DNA of 42,065 nucleotides from positions 1-42,065 of the forward strand of contig JAZFSJ010000376.1 in NCBI GenBank assembly GCA_036446115.1. The letters run 5' to 3'. The DNA is from Thermodesulfobacteriota bacterium. GTDB taxonomy: Bacteria; Desulfobacterota; WTBG01. Position 1 is the first letter of the stretch, and each line of letters begins with the position of its first letter. Below are positions 1 through 7,933 of the stretch, one piece after another. A model generated the notes under the pieces. It saw nothing but the letters and a program-made list of their open reading frames with translations. It did not search any database and was not told the DNA's origin. Made by a program: the position numbers and the translations under genes.

Positions 1-78
1 TGTACGGCATTCAAAGAGGCGTACATATCAGACTTAAGTGTCTTACGGTAAAGTTTTATATAGCCTGATTCCAAGCGA

Positions 79-327
79 TTATCCTTTATAATCCATAAGG
101 TCATTTCTGGAATATACTTTACCAGTATCAAGGTCTGTTATTTCATAAAGACCACTCACGTCACTCATGTTCGCGAAAGCACCGGGGCGAGGGTTTCCAT
201 TAAGTACTCCCCATTCAAAACGTATTTGAGGGTCGGATTTACCTGTTTTCTTATTTATGTAAGGCGTTAAAACTCCAGTCAATCCCGCGCCATTAAAAAG
301 CTCATTACCGCCAAGTTTAATTCTCAT
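79..327 (-). CDS. hypothetical protein (82 aa)
   Basis: Track ORF 79..357. GGAGG lies about 5 nt upstream of the internal ATG at 327 (MRIKLGGNELF...), so the start is trimmed. Confidence 0.55.
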   Translation of the reverse strand: MRIKLGGNELFNGAGLTGVLTPYINKKTGKSDPQIRFEWGVLNGNPRPGAFANMSDVSGLYEITDLDTGKVYSRNDLMDYKG

Positions 328-451
328 AATATCCTCCATTAAAAAACCCCGCCACAAGAGGGAATAGCTCTCGTTTTGGGGTTTAGTGGATGCCGTAAGG
401 CAAACTATATTGACGGCTCTATTCCAACCGTTGTCTTACTATGAAGACCTT

Positions 452-480
452 ATTATACCAACTTCCCAGATAAACACAAC
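452..480 (-). promoter_or_regulatory. sigma70-like promoter candidate with extended -10
   Basis: The minus strand reads TTGTGT-N16-TATAAT with TG immediately upstream (TGGTATAAT). It lies in the 450-nt gap upstream of 79..327. The spacer contains the reverse complement of the CCCAGATAA motif. Confidence 0.4.
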
Positions 481-558
481 CTATAATACATACTCAAAGA
501 GCAAATAGCCTAACACAAACCCCAGAATAAACTCTTCCGTCCAGCTAAGCCTCTTCAT
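481..558 (-). CDS. micro-ORF, 25 aa hydrophobic peptide (MKRLSWTEEFILGFVLGYLLFEYVL)
   Basis: Not on the ORF track (<60 aa). A strong AAGGAGGAG sits directly upstream of the ATG at 558. Confidence 0.3.
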   Translation of the reverse strand: MKRLSWTEEFILGFVLGYLLFEYVL

Positions 559-811
559 ACTCCTCCTTTATTGGCGACCCCAGAGGGCAGTACGTTGAAA
601 CCCCCTGAGGTTGCCGTTACAGGGTTAACCTACTACAGTTGCCCTTAACTCTTTTATGTTTGTATTATGTTTTTCAAATCTCCACTCCTAGCTTCGTAAG
701 TTCTTCTGTCATGGCCACGCTCCAACTACCTTCTTTCTGTTGTACAGTCCAAGTAGCAAGCTCTACGAGCTTCTTATACTTGCCATGCTCGGTGATGGGT
801 AGAGATAAGGA

Positions 812-1084
812 TTAGAGATGGTTAATGCGCTCCTCAAGCTCAAATATCTTCTTCTCGTGTCTCGCCTGATTTGGTTCAGTGGTAGTTGCGAGAGTCCTTA
901 TTAACTTGGTAATCCTCTCATCCACCTCGTCAATCTTGGTAGTGTGTGTATTAATCGATGCGGCTAACTGCGCCACAGGTTTAGATGTACCGTTTTCAAC
1001 TAAGCGATTCAGCATGTTAATCATACCCTCTGCGTTCTCCAGTCGAGCCATGATCGTCGTAATTTCTTTTATGCTTACCTCCAT
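812..1084 (-). CDS. hypothetical protein, helical/coiled-coil-like (90 aa)
   Basis: Track ORF on the strand of the early block. The antisense ORF 879..1205 is rejected. Confidence 0.55.
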   Translation of the reverse strand: MEVSIKEITTIMARLENAEGMINMLNRLVENGTSKPVAQLAASINTHTTKIDEVDERITKLIRTLATTTEPNQARHEKKIFELEERINHL

Positions 1085-1208
1085 TACTTACCGCCTTTCT
1101 TATCGTGTTCAGTTGTCCGGAAAAGCCGGACTACTCAACCTTTCGATGTTACCGAAAAGTTCAACCGTCCGCTATTATCGGACACTTCAACCAGTTTACC
1201 CTTAACTC

Positions 1209-1421
1209 TTAATCTTCGGCTACATTCATATTTGCAAATCTTATTTCAGGTTCTTTTTTCTCTGTTCTCTTATTCCATGCCTTGATAGCTTTAGTTTTAC
1301 TCCAACTCGCTGGTGCAGTCCAACAATCAATTCTTGTGCATTCTACAGCATATACACCAACGTACTCTTCTAATTTAGCCTTCCGTCCGCAGAAGCAATT
1401 ATTTATCTTTAATTCACTCAT
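1209..1421 (-). CDS. Lar-family restriction alleviation-like zinc-ribbon protein
   Basis: MSELK..CFCG(x)..AVEC..C...KAIKAWNKR matches the Lar_restr_allev pattern: two Cys pairs followed by A-I-x-A-W-N-x-R. Confidence 0.55.
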   Translation of the reverse strand: MSELKINNCFCGRKAKLEEYVGVYAVECTRIDCWTAPASWSKTKAIKAWNKRTEKKEPEIRFANMNVAED

Positions 1422-1430
1422 ACTACCCCC

Positions 1431-1739
1431 TTAACTATCCATTATTGCCGAGAATCCACCCGACTCTTTTACTACCGCGTAGTCCCCTATTTTCTCCAAA
1501 ACCGTTAATTCACGATAATGGGATTGTTCTTCGTCGTCTATCACACGCCAACACGAGTATTTGACCTCCTCCACTACCACCTTCACGCCCTTTTTCTTCG
1601 TCTTTCTGGACAACAATCTTTTAACTATGGCACAAGGTCTGCCCAACGCTTTCAGGTGGTCGTACATAAACTCTACATCAGAAGCTAAATCTAAGTCCTG
1701 CGTGGTATTGATACACAATATACGACTTCTCTTTGTCAT
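1431..1739 (-). CDS. hypothetical protein (102 aa)
   Basis: Track ORF. Its ATG directly follows the stop of the upstream micro-gene (TAAATG). Confidence 0.6.
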   Translation of the reverse strand: MTKRSRILCINTTQDLDLASDVEFMYDHLKALGRPCAIVKRLLSRKTKKKGVKVVVEEVKYSCWRVIDDEEQSHYRELTVLEKIGDYAVVKESGGFSAIMDS

Positions 1740-1895
1740 TTAGTTGTCCTCCTGACGATGTAACATTACACCCCAAACACTTTGGCAGAGGAGATGCAAT
1801 TCCCCAGCATAAGGGATTTCTATCGTATAGGTTTCACAAATATTCCCTTCACCATCTTTGGTCGTATATGTCATCGTGAGAGTATTTTTTTTCAT
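1740..1895 (-). CDS. hypothetical protein (51 aa), not on ORF track
   Basis: My translation is MKKNTLTMTYTTKDGEGNICETYTIEIPYAGELHLLCQSVWGVMLHRQEDN. GGGGAGGA lies upstream. It exactly fills the gap between the erf stop (1896) and the next start (1739). Confidence 0.55.
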   Translation of the reverse strand: MKKNTLTMTYTTKDGEGNICETYTIEIPYAGELHLLCQSVWGVMLHRQEDN

Positions 1896-2546
1896 CTATT
1901 TATCCTCCCCGAATAAATCTTCCAATTCCCCAGAATCAACCTTCGATTCATACCCTACAAACTTCTTATCTATCCACAGAAGTATGTTGGTTACATCTGC
2001 CATAGTAAACTCGTTCATGGATTTCTTCTCAAAGTGCTTCAGAAGCTCCTCACTGGTTATTTTCTTTGCCTTGCACTTACTGGCTATCATTTTGCCTTGC
2101 TTCTCTGACAGTCCCTTAGAAGGCGTTTTAGGTGATGGTTTGGGTTTCTCTCCTCGGTGCATTCCTTTCTCAGCATCATCATCTTCTGGGCAAACCCCTA
2201 CAAAAGCGGCTAAAGCATATCTTCTGGCATAAGTTATAGAGCTTCCGTCTGCCTGCGGATCGTTCTCTTTCTTAACCCCTAACGTGTATTCATCCTGAAC
2301 GAACTGCCCAGATGAATGAAGAAGCATTGTTGATACCCCTATCCTCCCCTCAAAAGACACTGGTGACTGTATAACTGAGAGTCCGTTGTTGTGCAGGGCT
2401 TCCTTACAGGCTACCCATACAGAAGTTAGATCGGCATATTTCGATTTAAAGAACGGATTGTTTGAACCCTTAACCGCCCCTGCCATTTCACTTTGGGCTT
2501 TCGCTAACGCTACTGCTATCTTGTCTAATACTTCGCTGTGTTTCAT
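1896..2546 (-). CDS. erf: ERF-family single-strand annealing recombinase
   Basis: NPFFKSKYADLTSV...GLSVIQ and SSITYARRYALAAFVGV..DDDA parallel the conserved P22 Erf blocks (FGKYKY..., SSYARKY..G..DD). Confidence 0.8.
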   Translation of the reverse strand: MKHSEVLDKIAVALAKAQSEMAGAVKGSNNPFFKSKYADLTSVWVACKEALHNNGLSVIQSPVSFEGRIGVSTMLLHSSGQFVQDEYTLGVKKENDPQADGSSITYARRYALAAFVGVCPEDDDAEKGMHRGEKPKPSPKTPSKGLSEKQGKMIASKCKAKKITSEELLKHFEKKSMNEFTMADVTNILLWIDKKFVGYESKVDSGELEDLFGEDK

Positions 2547-2773
2547 TTTACCCCCTTGTCTTTCGCTATATACGCTGAGTCACGGAATAGCCTCACCAGT
2601 TTGAGGTGTTCCATTAGTAATAGTAAGATTCTAGATGTTTCGTCTAGCTTGGTTCTGTCTCTAATTGAATCTTGCTTTGAATCTCGGACTGCTCTTTCAA
2701 GCTCAAGGATATCAAACCTTGCGTTCTTTAAGTTGTCTTCTAAATCCAAGAGCCTTTGTTTTTGTATAAACAT
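2543..2773 (-). CDS. hypothetical coiled-coil protein (76 aa)
   Basis: Track ORF 2543..2806. AGGAGG precedes the internal ATG at 2773, which lies 2 nt after the upstream stop, so the start is trimmed. Confidence 0.55.
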   Translation of the reverse strand: MFIQKQRLLDLEDNLKNARFDILELERAVRDSKQDSIRDRTKLDETSRILLLLMEHLKLVRLFRDSAYIAKDKGVK

Positions 2774-2775
2774 CC

Positions 2776-3618
2776 CTACCTCCTTACCGCAGCCCACTGA
2801 GGGCATTGCAGTTCTTCTTCGTAATCACCAGTATGGTAGTCCATCGTATAGTGTGGATAAAAGTCACTCGTAATACAACTTTCCTCTATCCGCAACAGGT
2901 CTTCTATTTCTATCTTGGCTAATTCCATAAATTCAGCGTCAAGTCGGAAAATTTGTACCCTGAAAGGTGGCTTAGTTTCGCAAGATATGAACTTAAAACC
3001 GCTGTAGAGATAAGGCTGTGATTCGTTTAACCCTGTTAGGTAGTAATATGCCTGCCTATGGTAGCCTAAGTTGATAATTGCTCTGGCAAACTCCTTTGGA
3101 TTGGCACTCTTTGTCGTTTTTAAGTCACAAATGTAGCCCAAAGTAGGGTCTGACACATGATCTATCTTAGCCTTGCAGAGTATCCCAGTCTGTTGATCGC
3201 GCCAAATAGCTACAACCTCCTTCATCCCACCAGATAACAACTCTTTAGCCCTTGGGTGTTCCTGTATAGCCTTGTAAACCCCGTAAACCCTCTTGAAGTC
3301 ATGGGCTTGCATTAGCTCCTTGATAGTCGATTGTTTTTCGTTTTCTTTAACAATAGCCTTCCAAGCCTTAGTGCCACGCCCTAGTTTCCTTGTAACCTTG
3401 TATCTTTCTTTGAATCTCACTGAACCTTCAAGCACATAACAATGAACCGCCCGACCCAACCTCTTTGGCTCTGAGTCCTCCATTTCTATAAGAGAATGAG
3501 CTGGCGTTATTCCCAGAAGAGACAATTTTGAGTTATTACATGCCTTTATAGCGAAGTAGTCTTCATCTTCTACGTTCTCGTATATCCCAATTTCGGGTTC
3601 TGAAATATTTAGCTTCAT
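2776..3618 (-). CDS. PD-(D/E)XK exonuclease, RecE/exodeoxyribonuclease VIII C-terminal-like (DUF3799 type)
   Basis: Motifs GRAVHCYVLEG, ICDLKTTKSA and GYHRQAYYYL match the PDDEXK_1/DUF3799 signature. It is adjacent to erf, forming a two-gene recombination module. Confidence 0.75.
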   Translation of the reverse strand: MKLNISEPEIGIYENVEDEDYFAIKACNNSKLSLLGITPAHSLIEMEDSEPKRLGRAVHCYVLEGSVRFKERYKVTRKLGRGTKAWKAIVKENEKQSTIKELMQAHDFKRVYGVYKAIQEHPRAKELLSGGMKEVVAIWRDQQTGILCKAKIDHVSDPTLGYICDLKTTKSANPKEFARAIINLGYHRQAYYYLTGLNESQPYLYSGFKFISCETKPPFRVQIFRLDAEFMELAKIEIEDLLRIEESCITSDFYPHYTMDYHTGDYEEELQCPQWAAVRR

Positions 3619-3771
3619 TTAATGCCTTCGCAATCTCTGCAGAGTCTTAGCTCATTTAAGTGTAGAAATAGAGTCTTAGTTGGTTTCATCTGGGATTTTG
3701 CCTTCATCGTTTCACAAGTCCTTCTTGTTATCTTAGCCTTATAAGGTAAGCACTTGAACACTTCTATCCCT

Positions 3772-4032
3772 TTAATTTTCATCTAACCCTAACCCCGCTC
3801 TTAAATCTTCCATATTTATTGGCGTAATTGCCTGCATATAAGCCCTCTCCAACTCTACCACCTGTATCTGGCAAGTATCGATCCTTCCGCGCAGAATAAG
3901 CTCTTTAAGAAGGTGGGCTTCGTTCAATATGCTTCTTTGTTTAATCATTCCGAACTGAAATCCCACGATAAATATAACGGCTACAACTATCAGGCAGAGA
4001 AACCCTGCAAATGCTTTGTCGGTTATTCTCAT
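3772..4032 (-). CDS. membrane protein (one N-terminal TM helix, 86 aa)
   Basis: Track ORF. It has the hydrophobic segment FAGFLCLIVVAVIFIVGFQFG and an ATGA overlap with the upstream gene. Confidence 0.6.
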   Translation of the reverse strand: MRITDKAFAGFLCLIVVAVIFIVGFQFGMIKQRSILNEAHLLKELILRGRIDTCQIQVVELERAYMQAITPINMEDLRAGLGLDEN

Positions 4033-4328
4033 GGCTTCACCACAAATGTTTTATCAACAAAGATGTGTAATATGAGCGAACCGTCCTGATAGAGGTCTAC
4101 AGTACTAATGAAAGACATCGCTTCAAATGTGTAAGCTGGTAGGTCAGTTCCTCCTGTTGGAAGTATCTTGTATTCGCAAGGTACTGGCTCTGTTAACAAT
4201 GCTAAAGTTTCCACAAGAGCATACATGACAACCTTATTGTTCTGGGCAATTACCGATATAACCTTTGCCCCTTTTGGCAGCTCGACACTCTCTGCATGAC
4301 TGTGTAGTTCGTATTTATATATCTTCAC
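4029..4328 (-). CDS. conserved phage hypothetical protein (MKIYKYEL... family)
   Basis: The N-terminus MKIYKYELHS...ELPKGAKVISV..Q...V.MYALV is a recurring pattern in small phage proteins of unknown function. Confidence 0.6.
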   Translation of the reverse strand: MKIYKYELHSHAESVELPKGAKVISVIAQNNKVVMYALVETLALLTEPVPCEYKILPTGGTDLPAYTFEAMSFISTVDLYQDGSLILHIFVDKTFVVKP

Positions 4329-4567
4329 TATCTCACCTCTTTATCAAAACATGCACCTTCGCAATAAGCACTATCTTCAAGATGTATATGCCCTTCACCT
4401 CTTGCCGTTGCCGCCCTACACCAGTCGAGATTGGCTTTTTCAAGTTTTTCAATTAAGTCAGCCGCTTCAATCCGAGCAGAATCAGTCTGTCCTTGTGATT
4501 GTCCGTATGGATTTCGTAAGATATGCAAAATGTCCTTGGTCTTCATTTCGTCCACTCCCTCTTTCAT
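4328..4567 (-). CDS. hypothetical protein (79 aa)
   Basis: Track ORF. Its start abuts the HNH stop (TAAATG). Confidence 0.55.
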   Translation of the reverse strand: MKEGVDEMKTKDILHILRNPYGQSQGQTDSARIEAADLIEKLEKANLDWCRAATARGEGHIHLEDSAYCEGACFDKEVR

Positions 4568-5053
4568 TTAGTCTTCCTTGATTGCATTTAAAAATGCGAA
4601 ATCCCCATGATGTTCAATTGCAGCCTCATTGTATATTTTAGCAGCCTCTTTCTTGTCGTTGTAATAACCAAGGGATATATATTTTCCATTCTTCTTTATC
4701 GCAGCAGCCCATTTCTGCTCTCCTTTATGCCACTTGACTCCTTTATAGCCAGAAGTATTGTTCTTCGGTATTCCTCTGTTGCAAAGATTCTCCGAGCTAG
4801 AGCAAGCTCTCAAGTTTGTTTTTTGATTATTTAGACCATTACCGTCAATATGGTCACTTTGCCTCCTATCGCCTTTTTGTATTCCAAGAAGCAACCGATG
4901 CATATATAAGCTACCTTTCGTTCCATCAGAAAAATTAACGCTCCTTATAGCATAGCCTTTATAATCAAAACGCCATTTCCATTTATTCAGAAGTTCAAAG
5001 TCTTCATCATCAACTATTACTACTTTGCCCTGAGTTAACTTAATTTCCTTCAT
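4568..5053 (-). CDS. HNH homing endonuclease with C-terminal AP2 DNA-binding domain (copy 1 of 3)
   Basis: The HNH_3 motif is DHIDGNGLNNQKTNLR...ENLCN. The AP2 motif is SGYKGV...KW.A.I..NGK.ISLGYY...EAAKIYNEAA..HHGDFA. The start is set at MKEIKLTQGK by analogy with the two paralogues. Confidence 0.85.
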   Translation of the reverse strand: MKEIKLTQGKVVIVDDEDFELLNKWKWRFDYKGYAIRSVNFSDGTKGSLYMHRLLLGIQKGDRRQSDHIDGNGLNNQKTNLRACSSSENLCNRGIPKNNTSGYKGVKWHKGEQKWAAAIKKNGKYISLGYYNDKKEAAKIYNEAAIEHHGDFAFLNAIKED

Positions 5054-5154
5054 TCTCCCCATCTCCTCTTTTCTCTTTTATTCCACACATGAAAGAACGC
5101 TATTATTACTATTATCAGGGCAACCCAACCGATAAACAGATATAGATAGTCCAT
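5050..5154 (-). CDS. micro-ORF, 34 aa single-TM peptide (MDYLYLFIGWVALIIVIIAFFHVWNKREKRRWGE)
   Basis: Not on the track. It has ATGA overlaps at both ends, with the stop of 5154..5471 and with the start of the HNH gene. Confidence 0.4.
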   Translation of the reverse strand: MDYLYLFIGWVALIIVIIAFFHVWNKREKRRWGE

Positions 5155-5471
5155 CAGTCCTCTCCTTTGCAGGTACAGGCTTGTTTGAGTAACCAAAGCA
5201 GATTATTTTGCGTAACTGTCCTAAAAGTTGTATTATTAATATCTTCCTTCATCACCCGATACCTTTCACACGCTTCACATTCAGTAGGTTCAGGGTGGTA
5301 GGGTTGCCAGTCAGTTCTAAAGGTAGTATAATAGCTTAGAACAGTACCATTATCCCACACAAGCGCACCATCTTCACCATCTGGTATGTGGGCAAATTTA
5401 CGCTCTGCATTGAGGCTACCCTCTATCTCGGCTTTCCCTGTACTCATTAATGCTTCTGGTAATTCCATCAT
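5154..5471 (-). CDS. hypothetical protein (105 aa)
   Basis: Track ORF with operon packing. Confidence 0.6.
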   Translation of the reverse strand: MMELPEALMSTGKAEIEGSLNAERKFAHIPDGEDGALVWDNGTVLSYYTTFRTDWQPYHPEPTECEACERYRVMKEDINNTTFRTVTQNNLLWLLKQACTCKGED

Positions 5472-5635
5472 TCCCCCTTAACCGCTAATTCCCGTTGCAA
5501 CCTCATCCCCATAGATACCGCTTCTTTCATTGCCGTAGTCAATACGGACTTAACGGGGATACCCTTTTCAACAAACCCCATGTACTCGTCTACCGTTGCT
5601 TCCAGTTCGGCATATATCTTCTCTTCTGGTGTCAT
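5468..5635 (-). CDS. hypothetical protein (55 aa), not on ORF track
   Basis: My translation is MTPEEKIYAELEATVDEYMGFVEKGIPVKSVLTTAMKEAVSMGMRLQRELAVKGE. GAGGGGGAG lies upstream. It has a TAATG overlap upstream and an ATGA-type overlap downstream, and it fills an otherwise empty 160-nt gap. Confidence 0.55.
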   Translation of the reverse strand: MTPEEKIYAELEATVDEYMGFVEKGIPVKSVLTTAMKEAVSMGMRLQRELAVKGE

Positions 5636-5943
5636 TACTCCCCCTCCTCTACGGCTTGAATGGCTGCTTGTAGATTTAAAACTACAGGAATTCTTTTCCC
5701 CGTTTCACCTCGGTTGGAACGGATGGCATCGAAAACCTTTAATGCCTCTTTGCTCGCCTCTAACAGCCTGTCATGGTTATTTACTGCCTTACATATGAAC
5801 TCGGCATTGGCTTTTCTCTCGGTTTCTGTTGCACCAGCAATTTCAACTGCAACTTTGTATCCATCCATCCTACGAATAGATATACCCATTATGGTAGTGA
5901 TTACTTCCCACGGCAGCTTACTATGTCCTACTGTCTTAGCCAT
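5635..5943 (-). CDS. hypothetical phage protein (102 aa)
   Basis: Track ORF. The ANAEFICKAVNNHDRLLEA block resembles the common phage ANA..I..A...LL.A motif. Confidence 0.6.
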   Translation of the reverse strand: MAKTVGHSKLPWEVITTIMGISIRRMDGYKVAVEIAGATETERKANAEFICKAVNNHDRLLEASKEALKVFDAIRSNRGETGKRIPVVLNLQAAIQAVEEGE

Positions 5944-5954
5944 TAGATAGCCTC

Positions 5955-6179
5955 CTATCCTCTATATTCTATATGGTCAAATACTCCGTAACCAACCCTG
6001 ACATAATCGTCCCACTTACCAGCAGGTTCATCTTTTCTGGTTGCCTCAGTGTACTCACGGATACTTCCATCTTCAAGCTTACAAAGACAGGTGTGTTCTC
6101 TTCTGCCGTTATTGCGGTCTGTTGATATAATCTGTTCTCTTTGCCTTGCTGAATACCAATGGTAACTCTTTTCAGTCAT
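5955..6179 (-). CDS. hypothetical protein (74 aa)
   Basis: Track ORF on the early-block strand. Confidence 0.55.
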   Translation of the reverse strand: MTEKSYHWYSARQREQIISTDRNNGRREHTCLCKLEDGSIREYTEATRKDEPAGKWDDYVRVGYGVFDHIEYRG

Positions 6180-6183
6180 CCCC

Positions 6184-6459
6184 CTACCCTCCTATAAGCG
6201 TATATGAGTATATCTTCGCCCCATTAATAAAGCCAACAAACTTACATTCTATATTGTACCCGTTAGCCCTTAGTTCTGATATACAGGTAGCTACGCATTC
6301 CGACCCTGTTCTTAACCTAATGTCTCTCTTCGTGTGGGGATTTCCGTCCTTTAACATCCCCAGCACACGCTGAAGCCTACCCGAACTCTCTATATTTGCA
6401 CTGTGAATGCCACTAGGACGCTCGTGACGGGGTTTTGTGGGCTTGTCTATATCAGTCAT
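6184..6459 (-). CDS. winged-helix DNA-binding protein
   Basis: KRDIRLRTGSECVATCISELRANGYNIECK resembles the phage/plasmid wHTH module (T..arI.eLR..G..I). Confidence 0.5.
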   Translation of the reverse strand: MTDIDKPTKPRHERPSGIHSANIESSGRLQRVLGMLKDGNPHTKRDIRLRTGSECVATCISELRANGYNIECKFVGFINGAKIYSYTLIGG

Positions 6460-6631
6460 CCTCTTTCCCTTCCAAGTAGTTAGAGAGCTTCCTGACAGTC
6501 TCGTAAGAAGGGTTAGAATCTTCCTTCCTGCAAAAATAGAACACGGTATTGTAGTTAAGCCCTGTTTTTCTACTTACCTGTTTGAGATTCCTGTCTCCGA
6601 GTTGCTCCCTGATTTCGTCTATATTTAACAT
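6452..6631 (-). CDS. small HTH protein (59 aa), not on ORF track
   Basis: My translation is MLNIDEIREQLGDRNLKQVSRKTGLNYNTVFYFCRKEDSNPSYETVRKLSNYLEGKEDD. Its start abuts the upstream stop, and its stop overlaps the next ATG. It replaces the antisense track ORF 6437..6628. Confidence 0.6.
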   Translation of the reverse strand: MLNIDEIREQLGDRNLKQVSRKTGLNYNTVFYFCRKEDSNPSYETVRKLSNYLEGKEDD

Positions 6632-6952
6632 TTATTCTCCTTTGCTCAAGTGTACTATGCGCTTGCAGTGGGGACATTCTGTTTTTATCTGCTTAGGATA
6701 TGGTTCTTGGATATTTAAAAACCGCTCTTGGGTAAAGATTATTCGCTCTGGATTGCTTACCCCCTGAATAAGAGTATCGTTAATGTACTTCTTGCCTAAA
6801 AAAACTTCTCCCGGCAACTCTAAGCCCGTTTCTATTACTTTCCAGAGCATATCAGGAGTATGGTACTGCGGGTCAGTGCTTTCAAGTCCATCCTTCGTTA
6901 TTTCCTGCAAAAAGCTACCATCCCTAATTTTAACTATATCGCCTGTTTTCAT
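6632..6952 (-). CDS. hypothetical protein (106 aa)
   Basis: Track ORF with a C-terminal CPHC pair. Confidence 0.55.
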   Translation of the reverse strand: MKTGDIVKIRDGSFLQEITKDGLESTDPQYHTPDMLWKVIETGLELPGEVFLGKKYINDTLIQGVSNPERIIFTQERFLNIQEPYPKQIKTECPHCKRIVHLSKGE

Positions 6953-6962
6953 TTTCTCTCCC

Positions 6963-7328
6963 TTACATTGTTGGTTCGTTACATGAACAATGGATTCTCT
7001 CTATGCGGGGTTCGTTAAATACAGCGTACCCGTTAGCCTCTATTCTTGTCTTAACCTCTGCTAAAAGTTCTTTATTTGTTGCATGGGAAAGTAAAGGGTT
7101 ATTCTCTTTTATCTCTGGGCGATACATCCTACCTTCACCAGTTAAAAGCCAATCAACAGAGAGACTGTAAATCCCTGCAAACTTAATCACTAGATCACTT
7201 GGTAACTTATCACGTTTGCGGTAGTTCGATATTGCTTGAGGCGTTATACCGAGTTTCCTTGCTATTGCAGATTTATTCCTGAGATTCCCAGATAAAAGCA
7301 TACGTTCTACTGTTCCGTTAAAGTCCAC
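6963..7328 (-). CDS. CI-type phage repressor-like HTH protein
   Basis: KSAIARKLGITPQAISNYRKRDKLPSDLVIKFAGIYSLSVDWLLTGEG matches the Phage_CI_repr HTH signature (..WLltGeG). It has a GTG start with AAGGAG 8 nt upstream. Confidence 0.7.
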   Translation of the reverse strand: MDFNGTVERMLLSGNLRNKSAIARKLGITPQAISNYRKRDKLPSDLVIKFAGIYSLSVDWLLTGEGRMYRPEIKENNPLLSHATNKELLAEVKTRIEANGYAVFNEPRIERIHCSCNEPTM

Positions 7329-7342
7329 GCTTTATTCTCCTT

Positions 7343-7438
7343 TTAGTTATTTATGCACCAGATTATAAAATCACCTATCCAACCACCTATAGCGAAAAGC
7401 CCCAGATAAATAAGCAGTATCTCTATCCTTTTTTGCAT
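7343..7438 (-). CDS. micro-ORF, 31 aa TM peptide (MQKRIEILLIYLGLFAIGGWIGDFIIWCINN)
   Basis: Not on the track. Its start abuts the upstream stop at 7439. Confidence 0.4.
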   Translation of the reverse strand: MQKRIEILLIYLGLFAIGGWIGDFIIWCINN

Positions 7439-7723
7439 TTACTCCCCCTCTGCTTTCTTTATAGCTGATTCAAGTCTGTTTAATCTCTCTATCTTGGATT
7501 TTTGGTTAAATTCGGACTCTTCACTGTTCCAATCAGCGTCTATTTCACTTTTCAAGTTAACGTAAGCCTCTTTACAAGCCTCTAGTAGTAAAGAATTTAT
7601 TGGTTCGGGGTCTTTTGATTCAACCCAGCCCGTTTTGGCGCATTGCTTAGGTGGATTAGAAAACCCGTAGTCTCCACAGGCAGGACATGTATATAATTTT
7701 CCCTGATTATCCAATTTATTCAC
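7439..7723 (-). CDS. zinc-ribbon protein (94 aa)
   Basis: Track ORF. It has a CPACGDYG...C pattern and an acidic helical C-terminus. Confidence 0.55.
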   Translation of the reverse strand: MNKLDNQGKLYTCPACGDYGFSNPPKQCAKTGWVESKDPEPINSLLLEACKEAYVNLKSEIDADWNSEESEFNQKSKIERLNRLESAIKKAEGE

Positions 7724-7729
7724 CTCTAT

Positions 7730-7927
7730 TTACTGTTCAACTGTTGCTATCTTATTATTGCCCTCATACATATATTCAAAGACATATTCTATCCTTACAG
7801 TTTCTCCTGCTGAATTTTCAGTGGTTAAAACATCAAGTATGTGCCCCTCACGGGTATGTTTTAAGTGGTATCTGTCTGTAAATGTATAATCAAAAGTATC
7901 GTCTGTCTTATATTTAGCTTCCATCAT
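7730..7927 (-). CDS. hypothetical protein (65 aa)
   Basis: Track ORF with operon packing. Confidence 0.5.
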   Translation of the reverse strand: MMEAKYKTDDTFDYTFTDRYHLKHTREGHILDVLTTENSAGETVRIEYVFEYMYEGNNKIATVEQ

Positions 7928-7933
7928 AGCCTC

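Noticed and set aside
879-7881. Plus-strand track ORFs inside the leftward early block: 879..1205, 1561..1743, 1858..2232, 2386..2604, 2538..2873, 4265..4456, 4351..4581, 4607..4834, 5580..5798, 5660..5950, 6146..6373, 6437..6628, 6582..6767, 6783..6986 and 7687..7881.
   Set aside because: All lie antisense to better-supported minus-strand genes that have RBSs, start-stop coupling or recognisable motifs. Their translations are low-complexity Ser/Leu/Phe-rich, as expected for antisense frames.
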